A DNA stretch of 64,000 nucleotides from positions 39,680,001 to 39,744,000 of the forward strand of contig OX597819.1 of the NCBI GenBank assembly GCA_951406725.2. The letters are read 5' to 3'. Positions 42,874 to 57,053 of the stretch are shown here, piece after piece; positions within the stretch are counted from its first letter, which is position 1; each line of letters opens with the position of its first letter. Both the position numbers and the translations under genes were made by a program. Origin of the DNA: Octopus vulgaris. Its lineage: Eukaryota. The notes beneath the pieces are model-generated. The model saw only the letters and a list, made by a program, of their open reading frames with translations, was not told the DNA's origin and ran no database searches.

Positions 42874-43787
42874 TTGTACATGTAATGTATTCCATTTGTA
42901 TATAAATTAGGCATGCTTATCATATAGCAAAATTACATGCTGTATTTTACATACATATGTGTGAGTGTTTGCACGTAGATTTGTGTGTGTGTGTGTGTGT
43001 GTACACGTGTGTCTGCGTCTGTGTCTATTTGGATGTATGTATATATGTATCTATATACGTTCATGTATGTATGTATACGAATGAGTCAACAATCTACCAT
43101 CTTCCATGACGATATTGTGCACTACACTTGCTAACCTCGTGTATAATTTCAGTGTTGCAGCTCTTGAATTTGTTTTCTTCTATACATTATTCTCCAAAGC
43201 ATTTCTTCTGACCTTCAACGTTATCGCATTCTTGCATAACTACTTCAAAAAGTTTTATATCCCCAATGCAGAGAGTACCATGTTCGATTCTCATCCGATC
43301 TAACATTCACTTGTTTGTGTGTTCCTTCTCTAGCCATGCCGGGCTCATAAGGGCCGGTTTCCCGGTTTCATTGGCGTATAGGTTCCCCACCTGGACGGGA
43401 CACCGGTCCGTCGCAGGTGAACTGCAAGATGCAGGAGGAAAGAGTGAGAGAAAGTTGTAGCGAAAGAGTCAGCGGACGTTCACCATTACCTTCTGCCAAA
43501 GCTGCGTGGAGCTTAGGTGTTTCGCTCATAAACAGACACATCGCCCGGTCTGAGATTCGAACCCATGATCTCTCGACCGCGAGTCCGTTCCTCTAACCAC
43601 TATGCCATGTGCCTCCACAACATTCACTTGGGATCTATTACTGCTCCCTTCAATGGATCTACTTTCTCTGATACTATATACAACCACCACAGAAGTACCT
43701 TCCCCTTTATTTTATTACCTTAAACATTGCAGATTTTTTTAAAAATCTGAACCGTACTAAATAATAGCAAAAACAATAGGCACCAAG

Positions 43788-43887
<100 letters not shown>

Positions 43888-43896
43888 TAGACAGAC

Positions 43897-43977
<81 letters not shown>

Positions 43978-44040
43978 TAAAGCCACACACGTCTAACAAC
44001 CCCGCATGCATGCACACTCACACACCTCACACACCCACAT

Positions 44041-44075
<35 letters not shown>

Positions 44076-45823
44076 AGAACTCTACGGAGTTTTCGCTCGA
44101 TCAGCAATCTTGATCGTTCTGGACGATTGAACAGAAATGCACACAACACACGAACCCACAGTTCTTGGTATGTGCATTTGACTCATAAAGTGTATGCTCA
44201 TACCGACATCGACCCTTTTCCGTTTGCTCTCTGATAAGAACACTATGCACGCAAATGCAATACTGTGGTTGCTAAAGCGATTTTCTGTGCTTTGAATATT
44301 GTATTCTAAGCATTGAATTCTCAAATTTATTTGTGCATCATTTTGCATTTTATGCTATGCACCCCCAAATTTTCTATTCAGAAACTTTGCATTAAGACCT
44401 TTGAGTCTTTTAAATAATTTCATTTGGAACAGCTTGTGAATATTTCTGGCTACTGTAAGCCATTTTCACAAGGTAAAATTCCCTGAAAATAGTAATTATC
44501 CTGTAAATAAACACTAAGAGCTCTATCACTTTTCTCTATCTTGATAAACTGTTAACGTCCTATGAGGAAACCAAAACACATTCCAAGGATTTCCTCCAGA
44601 ATGAAATTATTCCCATCATTAATGAAAAGATCCACTTCATAAAATGTTTCATAAGTAACTGGTTATATCATGCTGACAATTTCTAAAAAGAATGATATAG
44701 TACTATACATGATCAACAACTAGAAAGTTCCAGAAGTTCGAAATAACTAAAAACAAATTAATAAATATGTAATTTTTAAGAATATTTTCCTTGTGATTCC
44801 TTAACTTCAACTTCAAATTTCTAATTCCGTCTAATATTATAAGCAGATGCTTATCTTTCTGTACCTGCATTTATTTAATAACAATTTTGTAACTACCGCC
44901 TGGCACTCTGTATTATCATTGCACTCTATAATATAGTATGACATCATAAATAGGTTACATACCTGCAATACCTGAGCTATTACATCAGTAGCAGGTGATG
45001 CTAAGGCACTGTATAATTTTTGACGATATCACGGTTTTTGGTAAGAAAAAAAAGCCCTTAATACCAAAGTGATCATGTGCCTATCGAAACTAGTAAAAAT
45101 AAACTCGTAATCCGTGATGAAGCGCAGTGTTCAGTGAACACTTAAACTTCATATCCTAAACAGTGCAGTTTGTCTCTGGCTGTATATTATCAGTATTTGT
45201 ATTGTTATTTGATATTTCGACTTTATTTTAGTGCTAGTCGGCTTCCTATCTCTTCCTCCCTCTAATGCCAGCACATTTCACCATATTTCATAAAAGGCAT
45301 GATATGATTCACCGTATCATCTTCCTACTCCTTCAGCTTTCCTTCTGAATAAGAAATACTTATAGTATTTCTTATTTCTAAGGAATGGATTGACATTACC
45401 ACATAGCGATATCTTTCTTCCATCTTTTCTGGGCTTTCTCTCCTGACTTCTGATTAAGCCTTATATTTATTGTGTTGGTAGTGAACGTTCGGAGCACATG
45501 ATCATGAATATCCATTCTTTTTATTGCTTCCATTATTCAAATATGTTTACATGCAAGCTAGTAAGGGAGCCTCTACCTAAACGTTCGACGTGCAAGAAAT
45601 AGAAACCAAATCCGTTTTTTTTTTTCTTTTGTCACACCGACTGTCTTAAAAATTGTGACATTTATGATCTTGTTAAATGATGCATACTTGATACAAGACA
45701 TCTGAAAATATAAGACTTGATGTTCATAGCTGGAACGCTTTTAATCGCAGGTCTGCAAGCTGAGAGTTGACCTGAAGCTAAACAAAGAAGATAACAACAT
45801 ATTTGCATAAGCTGTTTTACAGG

Positions 45824-48800
45824 TTAGAAAAATAAAGTGGAAAATAAAATATATGTACCTTTGTTTTGTTGCCACGATTTTATTATCTGATCTAACCAAT
45901 CTTCAATATCAGACGGAATTTCTACGGAATTATTTTCTCGCCAGTCTGAAGTTTCTGACAAATCGTTTCCACTGAATTCCATACTTTCTGCTATATCCAA
46001 GCTGTTCTCCGAATTTTGACCACTTTTTGACTCCTCATCATTCATACTTTCTGGACTGTTCATATAGGATGGAAGAAAGCAATTTTCATGTAAACCGAAG
46101 TGTCTAATGCTAGCCCTGTTGTCACCATTTTCTTTGCAGCTAATGTTACTGAGGCAAAAGGTTTTGAAAGCATTGCGATGACAATTATTATTATTATTAT
46201 TGTTGTTGCTATTGTTGTTGTTATTATTGCGGTCACCAAATGCATTTTTCGAATCTGATGATATTTGATGCTGACATGGTATTGCATGTTCACTTTTTAC
46301 TATGTCTTCGGGTGCAAGTAGAGAGGGCAACAACATTGTTGTTGATGGGGACGACGACGATGTGGATGATAACGATGATAACGATAGCGTTGACGACGAC
46401 GATGACAACGATGACGACGATGACGACGACAACGATGGTGAAGAAAAGGAAGCTGTTTTCGTTCTAAACCCGCTATTATTGTTTTTACAGCTAAATCGCT
46501 GACACAGCATGAATTCGTTGGAAATTTCATTTTTGATTACTGGTGAATTTGCTTTAACAGCGTTGGCGGCGGCAACAGCATCATCATCAACAGCTGCAAT
46601 GGACGAAGTTTGAATATTCAATGGTGTTTCTGGAAGCTGGGTGTCTGAAGTGGACGAAACGCTTGCCATTTTAGATAGACTGGTTGTTAAGATATTCTCC
46701 AGCTCCTGTACAGATAAATCCGGAAGATGGCGTCTTAGTGAGGGAAGTCTCATTTTCGACAAATGCTTCCGCTTTGTAGCAATCTCGTCGAAAAACGTTT
46801 CCACCAGTTTTGGGTCTATAACCGGAAGTTCCACTGCACGACGCGGTTGAAAATGCTGTTGCTGGCCAAAGCTACTGAATAAATTGATTTCATTACATAA
46901 CGCTTGTACGTAATCACTGCCACCATTATTTGTATTTGTTTTATTGTTATTCACTTCGCATTTGGAGTTAGTGTAGCTGGTATTACTGCTGCTGCTACTA
47001 TTACTACTACTGTTGCAAACACCATCAGGAATGCTACGCAATACACCATTGCTATTACTATTTGTACTACAGGAAGTATTACGATTTGATAAACCACAAT
47101 TGTTTTCATTGTGCAAATTACACAACTTCTGAGATTTCATCGGCGGCTGCTGCTGCTGCTGCTGTACATATTGCTGAGAGTGAATATCGTCTGTTAAAGG
47201 TGACTGGTGGGAGTTAGAATTTGTCAAATTGTCATTGTTTGTTGACATTTTCCGTTTTTTCTTCAGCTGCGCTGTTGGTAAGGACAATATGCTCGATCTT
47301 GATGCTGATGAAGATGATGTAGGTGATAGGACAGTTTCCAGGGTTCCGTTTTCTGTGGTTGCCCCTTCATCTATCTTTTTTGTAGTTGGTATCGTCGTTA
47401 TTAATGTCGTGGTTAGCACCGTAGATGCTGTAGGATCTGCATTATTGGCTGCCTCATTGATACTAACGTTTACTTCTCTGACTTTAGTTACACTAGTTTC
47501 GGTCTTTTGCAAGGTCAGATCTGGCGACGATGCAGGAGAAGGATCTGGAGTCAATATACCATCTGGAATAGCTGCTATTTCTAGTGGTGCTGTGAAAGTT
47601 TCCTCTGCCGAAGACTGCCAAAACGAGTAGTTGTAGTTAGTCAAAGTCTTAATGTCTAATTGCTTAAGCTGTTTGCTCTGACTTCCGGCCAATGCAGAGT
47701 TATGGTAATATATGGGAGTCAAACACTGAATTGGACCGTACATACAACTACTTGAGGAGAAATCTAAGCCGGATGGAAGATCTCCATTGGAAGACGATAA
47801 CGATGTCATTGATGATGAAGATGATGAAAGCAAAGCTGACGGTGATGAAAAAGAGGATGTATTAGACGAATTGCTATTGTATGTGTAACCACCACCTCCG
47901 CCTCCACTTCCGACTAATAATTGACCTGTATAACCTCCTGCACCCCCGAGTGCATTAATGGCGGACAGATAAAGATGTCCGTCGCTATGGCTGTTCTTAT
48001 TGCTGTAACATGGCGACATGTGACGTCCTAGTTTACGTGGATTACATTCTTGCATAGACGAGTCCTGATTGGTCGATTGCAGTTTTCTTTTAAGAGCCAA
48101 GACACCAATCGACTGACTTCTTTTGTTTTCGCTATTGTTCTGGCAGTTGCTGCGACTATTGTTACCACCACTGTTATTGTTACTACTATTGCTACCACTA
48201 CTATTGCTGCTACTGCTAACACTGCCGCTGCTACTACTAATTGAATTAGAATTATTTTTATTGCTCTCGCTGTGACTGTTATTCGCGTTCTGGATGTTAT
48301 TATTACTGTTCTGGTTACTGTTGCTGTTGTTACTAATAGTAGTTGTACTGTTAGCACTATTACTACTACTGTTGCTATTGGTGTTATAGTTATTGGGAAT
48401 GACATTGTTATTGAGGATATGTGGCTGGGGTGATCTTTGTTGCTGTTGGTTCTGAAGTAGTTGATTTGAGCTCCCGTTGCCACCGTTATTGCTACCATTA
48501 CTGTTACTGCTGTTCTTATTGTTATTATTGTTTTTGTTGTTGCTGTGATTGCTGCTGCTGCTGTTATTGTTTCTACTGCTGCTGTTGACGCTGCTGTGGC
48601 ATCCTTTTGCAGCGTTTAGGATGTCGGTGCAGTTGTTTTTACTGCTGTTGTTTGTAGGAACTCCACCTGAATGTCTTGCACTGTTGCTTGTACTATTCGT
48701 GATGGAATCCACCAGACTAGTGGTTGTTTCTTGAAAGCAAGCCGAACTGCTGCTATTACTGCTGCTGCTTACTGAGTCTATCAAAGGTTGGGCTTGTAAA

Positions 48801-49224
48801 GACGACGACGATGATGATGGTGGCGGCGGTGGTGGTGGCGGCGGCGGCGGCGGTGGTGGGAGTGTTGGTGGGAGTGGCGGTGGGAGTTGTTGAGGAACGG
48901 AAGAGTTGACTTGATTCGTTAAATGTTGAGCAGCAGACGACACTGATGCGGATAAAGGTGGTGGCGGTTGTAGAGGGGGTGGTGGTGGTAATGGCGGCGG
49001 TAATAGTGTCTGCAGCTGTGGCTGCTGCTGTTGTTGTTGTTGCTGCTGTTGTTGTGGTGGTGGCAGTGACGGTGGTGGTGGAAGTTGTGGCAGGGCGGGA
49101 CCAGCCGTTTGCCCTGCATTCACATAACCGCATCCTCCTGTGGGTGCCATCTTAGGATAAGCTTGTAAAGGAATTCCGTAAGGAGACAGATGCTGTTGTT
49201 GTTGTTGCTGTTGTTGATGCTGTT

Positions 49225-49255
<31 letters not shown>

Positions 49256-49721
49256 TTGAAGATGATGATGATGATGATGATGAGGATGTGGGTGAGGATG
49301 AGAATGGTGGTGTGGCGGAATCTGTTGGTGGCTAGTTTGCTGCTGGTGAAGATGCTGGTGGTGCTGATGCTGCTGCTGATGGTGGTGATGATGTGAAGAT
49401 GGATGCTGCTGTTGTGTCTGTTGCTGCTGCTGATGTTGCTGTTGTTGCTGCTGCTGCTGGTGATGCGCATGTGAAGGGTGGAGGTGGTGATGGTGGTGAT
49501 GGTGATGCCTGTCTAGGCTAAATGTTGTATAAGCATGCGCCATCGGATCGTCGTAGACAATCTGCTGCATGTGTGGTGTCAATAGGTCTTCAGGTTGTAT
49601 GGAGGCTGCCATCGGATAGTAAGCCGCCCCAGGAGGTAGCATATCTATGGCGGGAACTTGTGTTGCGCAGGCCGTGGAATAGGCATAAGCTGGACCTCTT
49701 AACTGACAAGCCTCGTCCTCA
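45824..49721 (-). CDS. NPAS4: NPAS4-like, giant C-terminal exon (low-complexity, predicted disordered transactivation region)
   Basis: Acceptor tttctctag|T GAG GAC GAG is in phase with the PAC exon and in frame with the 1272-aa ORF 45824..49642. The frame stays open for about 3.9 kb. It ends either at TAA 45824 or at a donor AAG|gtacat at 45859/45858. Confidence 0.88.
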
Positions 49722-49904
49722 CTAGAGAAAAATGGAATAAATAAATAAATAAATAAATAAATAAATATACATATTAGATTTTAAAAACTTAATATACGGT
49801 GTGCGTGGAGAGACATAGAAGCATGCAGAGAGAGTGACGAACATTAAGGGAAATTGAACGTTCGTTTAAGATATGGATTTTTTTTTAATATTGGATTGGT
49901 TTTG

Positions 49905-50296
49905 AATGGATGGATGGATGGATGGATGGATGGAAGAAGAAGAAGAAGAAGAAGAAGAAGAAGAAGAAGAAGAAGAAGAAGAAGAAGAAGAAGAAGGTGA
50001 GGAGGAAGAAGGAGGAGGAGGAGGAGGAGGAGGAGGAAGAAGTAGAAGAAGAAGAGGAAGAAGAAGAAGGAGGCGGAGGAGGGGAGAAGAAGAAGAAGAA
50101 GAAGAAGGAGGAGGGGGAGGGGAGAAGAAGAAGAAGAAGAAGGATGAGGAGAAGGAGCAGGAGCAGGAAGAAGAGGAGGAGAAGAAGAAGAAGAAGAAGA
50201 AGAAGACGAAGAAGAAGACGAAGAAGAAGAAGAAGAAGAAGAAGAAGAAGAAGAAGAAGAAGAAGAAGAAGAAGAAGAAGAAGAAGAAGAAGAAGA
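49905..50296. repeat. (GGAT)n plus (GAA/GGA)n purine tract in the intron upstream of the giant exon
   Basis: About 390 bp polypurine/polypyrimidine run. Confidence 0.95.
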
Positions 50297-50567
50297 GCAA
50301 TGATTCCTCGCCACCAAAAATAAATATAAGGATGTCATCGGAAACTCTCTGTTATGTGACATGGTTGTGTTTATTCCATATTAGACAAACATAGACACAC
50401 AAACATATACACACGCATACACACACATATATATGACGGGCTTCTTTCAGTTTCCGTCTTCCAGATCCACTCACAAGACCTTGGTCAGCCCGAGGCTATA
50501 GTAGAAGACACTTGCCCAGAACCATGTGGTTGGTAAGCACGCTACTTACCACACAGCCACTCCCGTG

Positions 50568-50620
<53 letters not shown>

Positions 50621-50842
50621 CGTCTATGTATTTGTTTTGCAAGATTCTTGATATGAAGTCGTGTATTGAAACAGATATTGTTATTCTTGGGGATGGTAAT
50701 TAAACATACGCAATATAAATTGGCAAAATAATATTTTGCCAATTTATAGTGCGTTTGTTTAATTAGCACAATATGGCCATCTCCTAGTATAACAATATAA
50801 ATGTATATTTTTAAAGAAAATATATGGGACATTTCATCTTAC

Positions 50843-50996
50843 TTGATTACTTGATTGACACACACCACGACAGGGTCGTCACTGTTGGCTAGTGCTTGCC
50901 TCACATGCATGACCATGTTAACCCAGATATGTTGTCCGTTTGCCATGAGCATGCGCACTGTAAGCATACAACCCATTTCATGGCGAGACTTGATTA
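50843..50996 (-). CDS. NPAS4: NPAS4-like, PAC exon (LIKSRHEMGCMLTVRMLMANGQHIWVNMVMHV...VVCVNQVI)
   Basis: PAC motif (R....G..IWV....VCVN.VI); tttcag| and AA|gtaaga; 154 nt, phase 1 to phase 2. Confidence 0.92.
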
Positions 50997-52248
50997 CTGA
51001 AAAAAAGAAAGAAAGAAAAATGAAGAAAGAGTATAGTGTGATTATTTTTTCAATGAGTTTCGCATAGTTCAAATATTCTTATACGTTAAATGAGAAGGGG
51101 AACGAAAAGGAGCAACATTTATATTTTACTCAACCGTATTTGTTATGCTAATAAGGGGAAATAAATCTTACCGGAAATACAAATAGCTGTCAGAAACTTA
51201 TAAATAGGCCTGAAGAGGGATGAAATTAAATAATGTAAAATATTGTATCCGGCTTTCTGATGCTTTTGTCCATTACTCTTAAAAAGAGTAAAGTCAAATT
51301 CGGTGGAATTTGATCTCCGAACCTAAAGTACTGTACCTAAATTCTACAAGCGTTTTGCACAATGCTCTACAAATTCTGCGAGTCTTCGACCAGATCTTGT
51401 TCGATGCTCTACTGATTGTGTCAGTCCACAGCCCAGAGCGTAAGAAGTCGGAAGAAATACTTCTAAACATTTTGTTCAACGTGCTCGGCGCCTTAATATT
51501 GTTTTTATTATAGGTATAGGGCCTGAGATCTCCGCCGAGACGACTTTGTCTTTCATCCTTAAAATAAGTACCAGTGCTCAACTGGTACATATTTAAGGAT
51601 GAAAGGCAAAGTCGATCGCGGTGGAATTTGAACTAAGAAAGTAAAGACGACCGAAATGCTGCTAAGCATTCAATCCGGCGTGCTAACGATTCTGCCAGCT
51701 TTCCGCCATGACGCCGCCTTAGTAATAATAATATTTGCTTATGACGACAGTATTTTTATTACTAATTTAGTCACAAGGTCAGCAAATTTTGACAGTATAA
51801 CTTTAATCAATTTCGTCGAACTAAAAACTGAGGAACCAAGTAACTGAAAACATGAAAGAGAGAGCAGACCGCGTTGAGATTTGGATACAGAATGTAAAAT
51901 ATCATCACAAATTTCTACAAGAGGCTCTACCAATTCTGCAAAAATCTGTTGCGGGGGTGGGGCTCAAGGCCAGAAACTTCGGGAAAGGAGGAATGCTGAT
52001 TACATCGAACCAAGTACTCAACTGGTACTTATTTTATCGATGCCGAAAGGATGAAAGGAAAAGTCGATCTCGGCGGAATTTGAATTCAGAACGTAAAGTT
52101 GGAGGAAATGCCGCTAAGCATTTTGCTAGACATGCTAACGATTCTGCTTGCTCGTCGCCTTTGAGGAGTCGAGAAATATTGCCAACTGCAGTCAACGTTT
52201 GATACACGTTTGATACTCTAGAGAAGTAAAGAATGGAGATAAACTTAC

Positions 52249-52355
52249 ATTGAATATGTTTGGTTTGTCCTTCCCATATATCTTCAGGGTGTAAAAAGGA
52301 ATACCAAGACTTGGAGATTATTTCTTCGCTCGAAAATCCCAAGTGAAATTCACCA
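52249..52355 (-). CDS. NPAS4: NPAS4-like, PAS-B exon (GEFHLGFSSEEIISKSWYSFLHPEDIWEGQTKHIQ)
   Basis: LGF...E...KSWY..LHPED PAS-B signature; tttcag| and |gtaagt; 107 nt, phase 2 to phase 1. Confidence 0.93.
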
Positions 52356-53283
52356 CTGAAACCATAAAAAGAGAAATTTTAAATATATGTACATAGAATT
52401 AAATATATTACATTTGCACGTTAAATATATTACATTTGTACGTTTGTAGGAGCATGGTTCTGAGTTCAGTTCCACTGCGTGGCACCTTGGGTGAATATCT
52501 TCTACTATAGCTTTGGGTTGACTAAAGCCTTGTGAACCGATTTGATAGATGGAAACTGAAAGAAGCCCGTACTATAAATAAGTACGAGGCTTAAAATAAA
52601 AATAAGTACTACGGTCGATCGACTAAAAATTCTTCAAGGCGGTGCCCCTGCATGGCTGCAGTACAATGGCTGAAACAAGTAAAAGTTAAGGGATATGGAA
52701 TCTGAGTGTAGAAGAGAGTGGAGATGGACTAATGGACCAACCAACCAATCAACTAGGGACCCTTTATGTGATTGTTCGATCTGCTGGTAATAGCAATTTT
52801 ATTTCCCTCAAAATACAATCTACTTTCTTTAAAATAGATGGATAGTGGATTATGTACTAATCGAAAGAAACGTGATGGTCACGGCTGGAATGCATTCGAT
52901 CATAGATCTGCTTAGTCTGCTTCTCAAAGACTTACTTAGAGACTAAATAAACAACAGCAACTGAGGGTACAAACAAATAAAATCTTACAAAGGGAATAAA
53001 GTTGAACTTCAACTATGAAATAATAGGGAAAATGCGGCGTGATAGGGAAAATGCGGCGTATCTTCCCTATCACACGCAGACACACATTTCTCACTCCATT
53101 TACTCCTTTTACTCTCTCTCTCTCTCTCTCTCTCTTATTCTCTCTTGTATCTCTTTCGACCTCAATACACACACACACACACACACAACTCTTGCCCTCT
53201 CTCTTCTCAATAAACATTGCTGAGACTACCATTACATCAAACTGACATGTCAATTAAACAAACTCAGTAATGTTCAATTAAAA

Positions 53284-54897
53284 CAGCTAGCCTTAATATA
53301 AGGGTCAGTAAAAACAAGTGTATTGAAATATTTGTTATAGAAAATTAATAAAAGGTTGAGACTAGATATTTTTACACATATTTAGATATATCTACTATCT
53401 GTCTTCCGTGAAAATTTCAAGTGAATGAAATAAATATTTCGTAAGTTATGAGGAAATAAACAAATAATCTTCCAATCTTCCAAATTGCAACGGCGAAAAG
53501 TTAAGGTCCACTTAGAATAATAATGAAAAATGGAACAAGGACAAAAAAGAAACCTTTACTATTAATATTTTGTGAACATTCCTTTACTATCAATGACCTT
53601 CTGACATCTGTTACAACAGGACTGAATTAATTTCTTGCAAAATGATGGAGTAATACTGTTCCATTCGTTTTTCAATAATTCCCAGAGTTCACCTTGGTTC
53701 TCTGGATTTCTCCTTCGCACCCCAGCCCATCTCCAATAATCTCTCAAACGTTTTCTATAGGGTTTAGATCGGGACTTCAAGGTGGCCAGTCCATGAGATC
53801 AACCCCTTCATCACTCAAAACGTCTCTGGCTCTCTCCACAGTGTAAAGAGCGTTGTCCTGCACGAAGATAGGAGGCTGAACTGATGAGGATCAGAGATAT
53901 GGAAGGGCATGCTGTCTAAGAATCTGCTTATAGATTTCAGCATTGACAGTCCTTTGTAGACGAATAAGTGGACGAGGACCAACAGCAGAGATCACTCCCC
54001 ATACCATTATACTGCTTCCTCCATATTTCACTGTCTTCTTCACACATGCACGAGATAACCTTTCGCCACTTCCTCGTCGGACGTACATCCTGCCATCGGA
54101 ACCAATCACTTTAAACTTCGAGTCACTGCTAAAATGAACTCGCGACCGCTGTTTTCCTGTTCAAACGACATGTTCGCGAGCGAAATAAAGACGGACTCTT
54201 TGATTCTTCTTGGAGATCAGAGGTTTCTTTGCCGGTGCCCGGGCAAGCAACCCAGAACCTCGTAACCTCCGAGAAACTGTTTTGCACGATATGTTGAGAT
54301 CGGAAGTGGAGCTAAATGCGCGGGATATCTCAGCAGCACTCTTAAACCTATCCTTCAGTGACATTCTAACCGTAATACAATCCTGTCTTGGGGTTTGGGG
54401 TTTAGCATCTGTCGATCCTGATGACTTAAAACGAGCTACGATTCGTTGCACAATACTTCTAGACTTCCCTACAGAAGATGCTATCGCAGAATTTGACTTG
54501 TCCTCTTGGTGAAGGCACACAATCCTTTGTTTTTTATCACAGAACACCGGTCATCTCTCACAAGCTGCTATGTTGATAGTTGAATGTTTCAAAAATGTAA
54601 GATCATGAGAAGTAACTGTTATCCCATTAACAGACTTCTAAACAACAAATATCTCGGTTAGCAGTTCATTTTTTTCTAAGTGACCCTTTACTTTTGGCCA
54701 CTGCAATTTGGAAGATTGTTAATTTCCACATAACTTATGAAATATTTATTCCATTCACTTGAAATTTTCTCGTAAGATAGATATTGGATATATCTAAATA
54801 TGTATAAAATATCTAGTCCCAACGTGTTGTTAATCTTCTATAATAACTATTTCAATGCACTTGTTCTTACTGACCCTTATATTGTGGCTGCACCGTG
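53284..54897 (-). mobile_element. Tc1-family transposon relic with long (~220-230 bp) TIRs, intronic
   Basis: Broken transposase across 53562-54547: HTH region, AKKPLIS.KN...RL.FA, SDSKF, TVKYGGSSIMVWG, QDNA, WPP*SPDLNPIEN. 53296-53517 and about 54670-54883 are diverged inverted repeats. Confidence 0.92.
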
Positions 54898-55118
54898 CAT
54901 GCGTGTACGTAAATTGGAGGTGACCTATATATATAAATGGTATTATATGATAGAATTTTCTGAAAGGTATATGAATTGACGTAAAGACACAGGTCAAGTT
55001 TATTTTTTGTATCGTATTGACTTACAGAAGAGATCTAGGTAAACGGCCAGTCACGACTGGCTTCAATAAAAATATATGAATGTTAACTTTCGTGCGTAAA
55101 GAACTTGTTCCAACTCAC

Positions 55119-55306
55119 CTGTGCGATATTTCCAAGTAGGTCATGTCCAGACGGTGTGCCGACTTGAATATCATAGTATCGCTGAGCAAAAGTGTATCTT
55201 TGCTATCAATAGTTATAAGGGGATAGCAAAATGAAGCGAACACTAATTGTTCCCCACCTCGTTCTGGATCAGGAACTGCAACAAAATGGCCGCGGACGTG
55301 CATTGT
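55119..55306 (-). CDS. NPAS4: NPAS4-like, PAS-A end / PAS-B start exon (TMHVRGHF...FKSAHRLDMTYLEISH)
   Basis: VRGHF, VF..FC.PL and F.S.H.LDM motifs; taaccag| and AG|gtgagt; 188 nt, phase 0 to phase 2. Confidence 0.92.
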
Positions 55307-55446
55307 CTGGTTAAGAAAGAGAAAAATAAATAAAAATATAAATAGAGAAACTTATAAATACGCGATGGAATGCTGCTCAGTTGCCACTGAAAGTGTGACA
55401 CACACATGTTGAATGAGTAACTCTGAATATTTTGTGGTATATATAC

Positions 55447-55479
<33 letters not shown>

Positions 55480-55900
55480 CATACATGCATACATACATGT
55501 ATACATGCGTACATACATACATGCATGCATACATACATGCATACATACATGCATGCATGCATACATACATACATACATACATACATACATACATGCATAC
55601 ATACATGCATGCACACATACATGCATGCATACATACATACATACATATATATATATATATAATTAATTATAAAATATTAGGGAATAAATCCAAACTTACA
55701 GGGAAAAATCAGATTTAGGATTAAATCCAATTTTATTGTAAAATATATTATATTATATTAAATTAGATATAAAACCACTATTAGGCAAATCAAACAATGA
55801 AAAACATAAGCCAATACATAAAATTAATTAAATTATATTATTTTAAATATATATCAAAAGTATTAAAAGTATGTATATATATGTATATATATATATGTGC

Positions 55901-55974
<74 letters not shown>

Positions 55975-56958
55975 GTATATATATATATTAACAGAATAAG
56001 ATAAAAATCCAAGACTGTGAAAGATTCAGAACATTTATAAAGAGAAGGCCTTACGGAGACTGTGAGAAAATGATTGAGCAATATTTATTCCAGAGAAAAT
56101 ATGAAATAGAGAGTGAAGTGGAAGAATGAAAACAGACGTGAGATATGCAGGGATATTGTATCTGCAGGTCCATTATTTTTAAGCAGAATGGTATACATAT
56201 AAGTTTCCTGTACCTTATATAATACACATAAATACAATCTCTCTCTCTCACACACACACCACACGCACTCACACGCACACACAAACATTATTTTTTAGTA
56301 TCTCGCCTTTTGTTAATTCGTACTTCAAGCTACTGAAGTCTGCCCCAACACAAAGAAATCTGTACTGGATCATATCATTGATACCAACATTAGACGAAAG
56401 AAGTTGTGAACGTCTTACAACTCAGAACTAAGCATCGGAGTGATCAGAGAGTTTTAGCGTTTGTGAAAGTTCAACTTGTTCTTAGTTCGAATAGCTCTAT
56501 GATCAAAGGCTTTGCAATTGTTACCATACCATCTCTTGTTTTGGGGCCTAGAACTACATTACTTAATGTACCTTTCTTTTTATTGCGCAAACATCCTACC
56601 CCCCCCCCCCCACACACACACACACACATACATACATACACACATACACACGCAGATATTAATTTTAAATTATGTGGAGCTGAATCAAACTCTTATTAAA
56701 ATATATATAACTCTCACCAAATATACTGATGCTATGTCCTTTCGTTTGTCTTCGAAGTTCCGGCCGTCGATGAGTAAGTTGGCCGAAACTTCGATATCAC
56801 TATCAACAACATTCTTGTTTAAGAATAATAAATTTGTACTCTACAAAAGTATAGAAGAACCTATCTGTTTTTATTATAACTGAACAAAATAACAAACGTT
56901 AATATGCATGTATGTATGTATGTATGTATGTATGTATGTATGTATGTATGTATGTATG

Positions 56959-57053
<95 letters not shown>

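Noticed and set aside
45060-45105. GAAACTAGT palindromic helix III-like motif (also about 28501)
   Set aside because: No upstream CTGANGA core.
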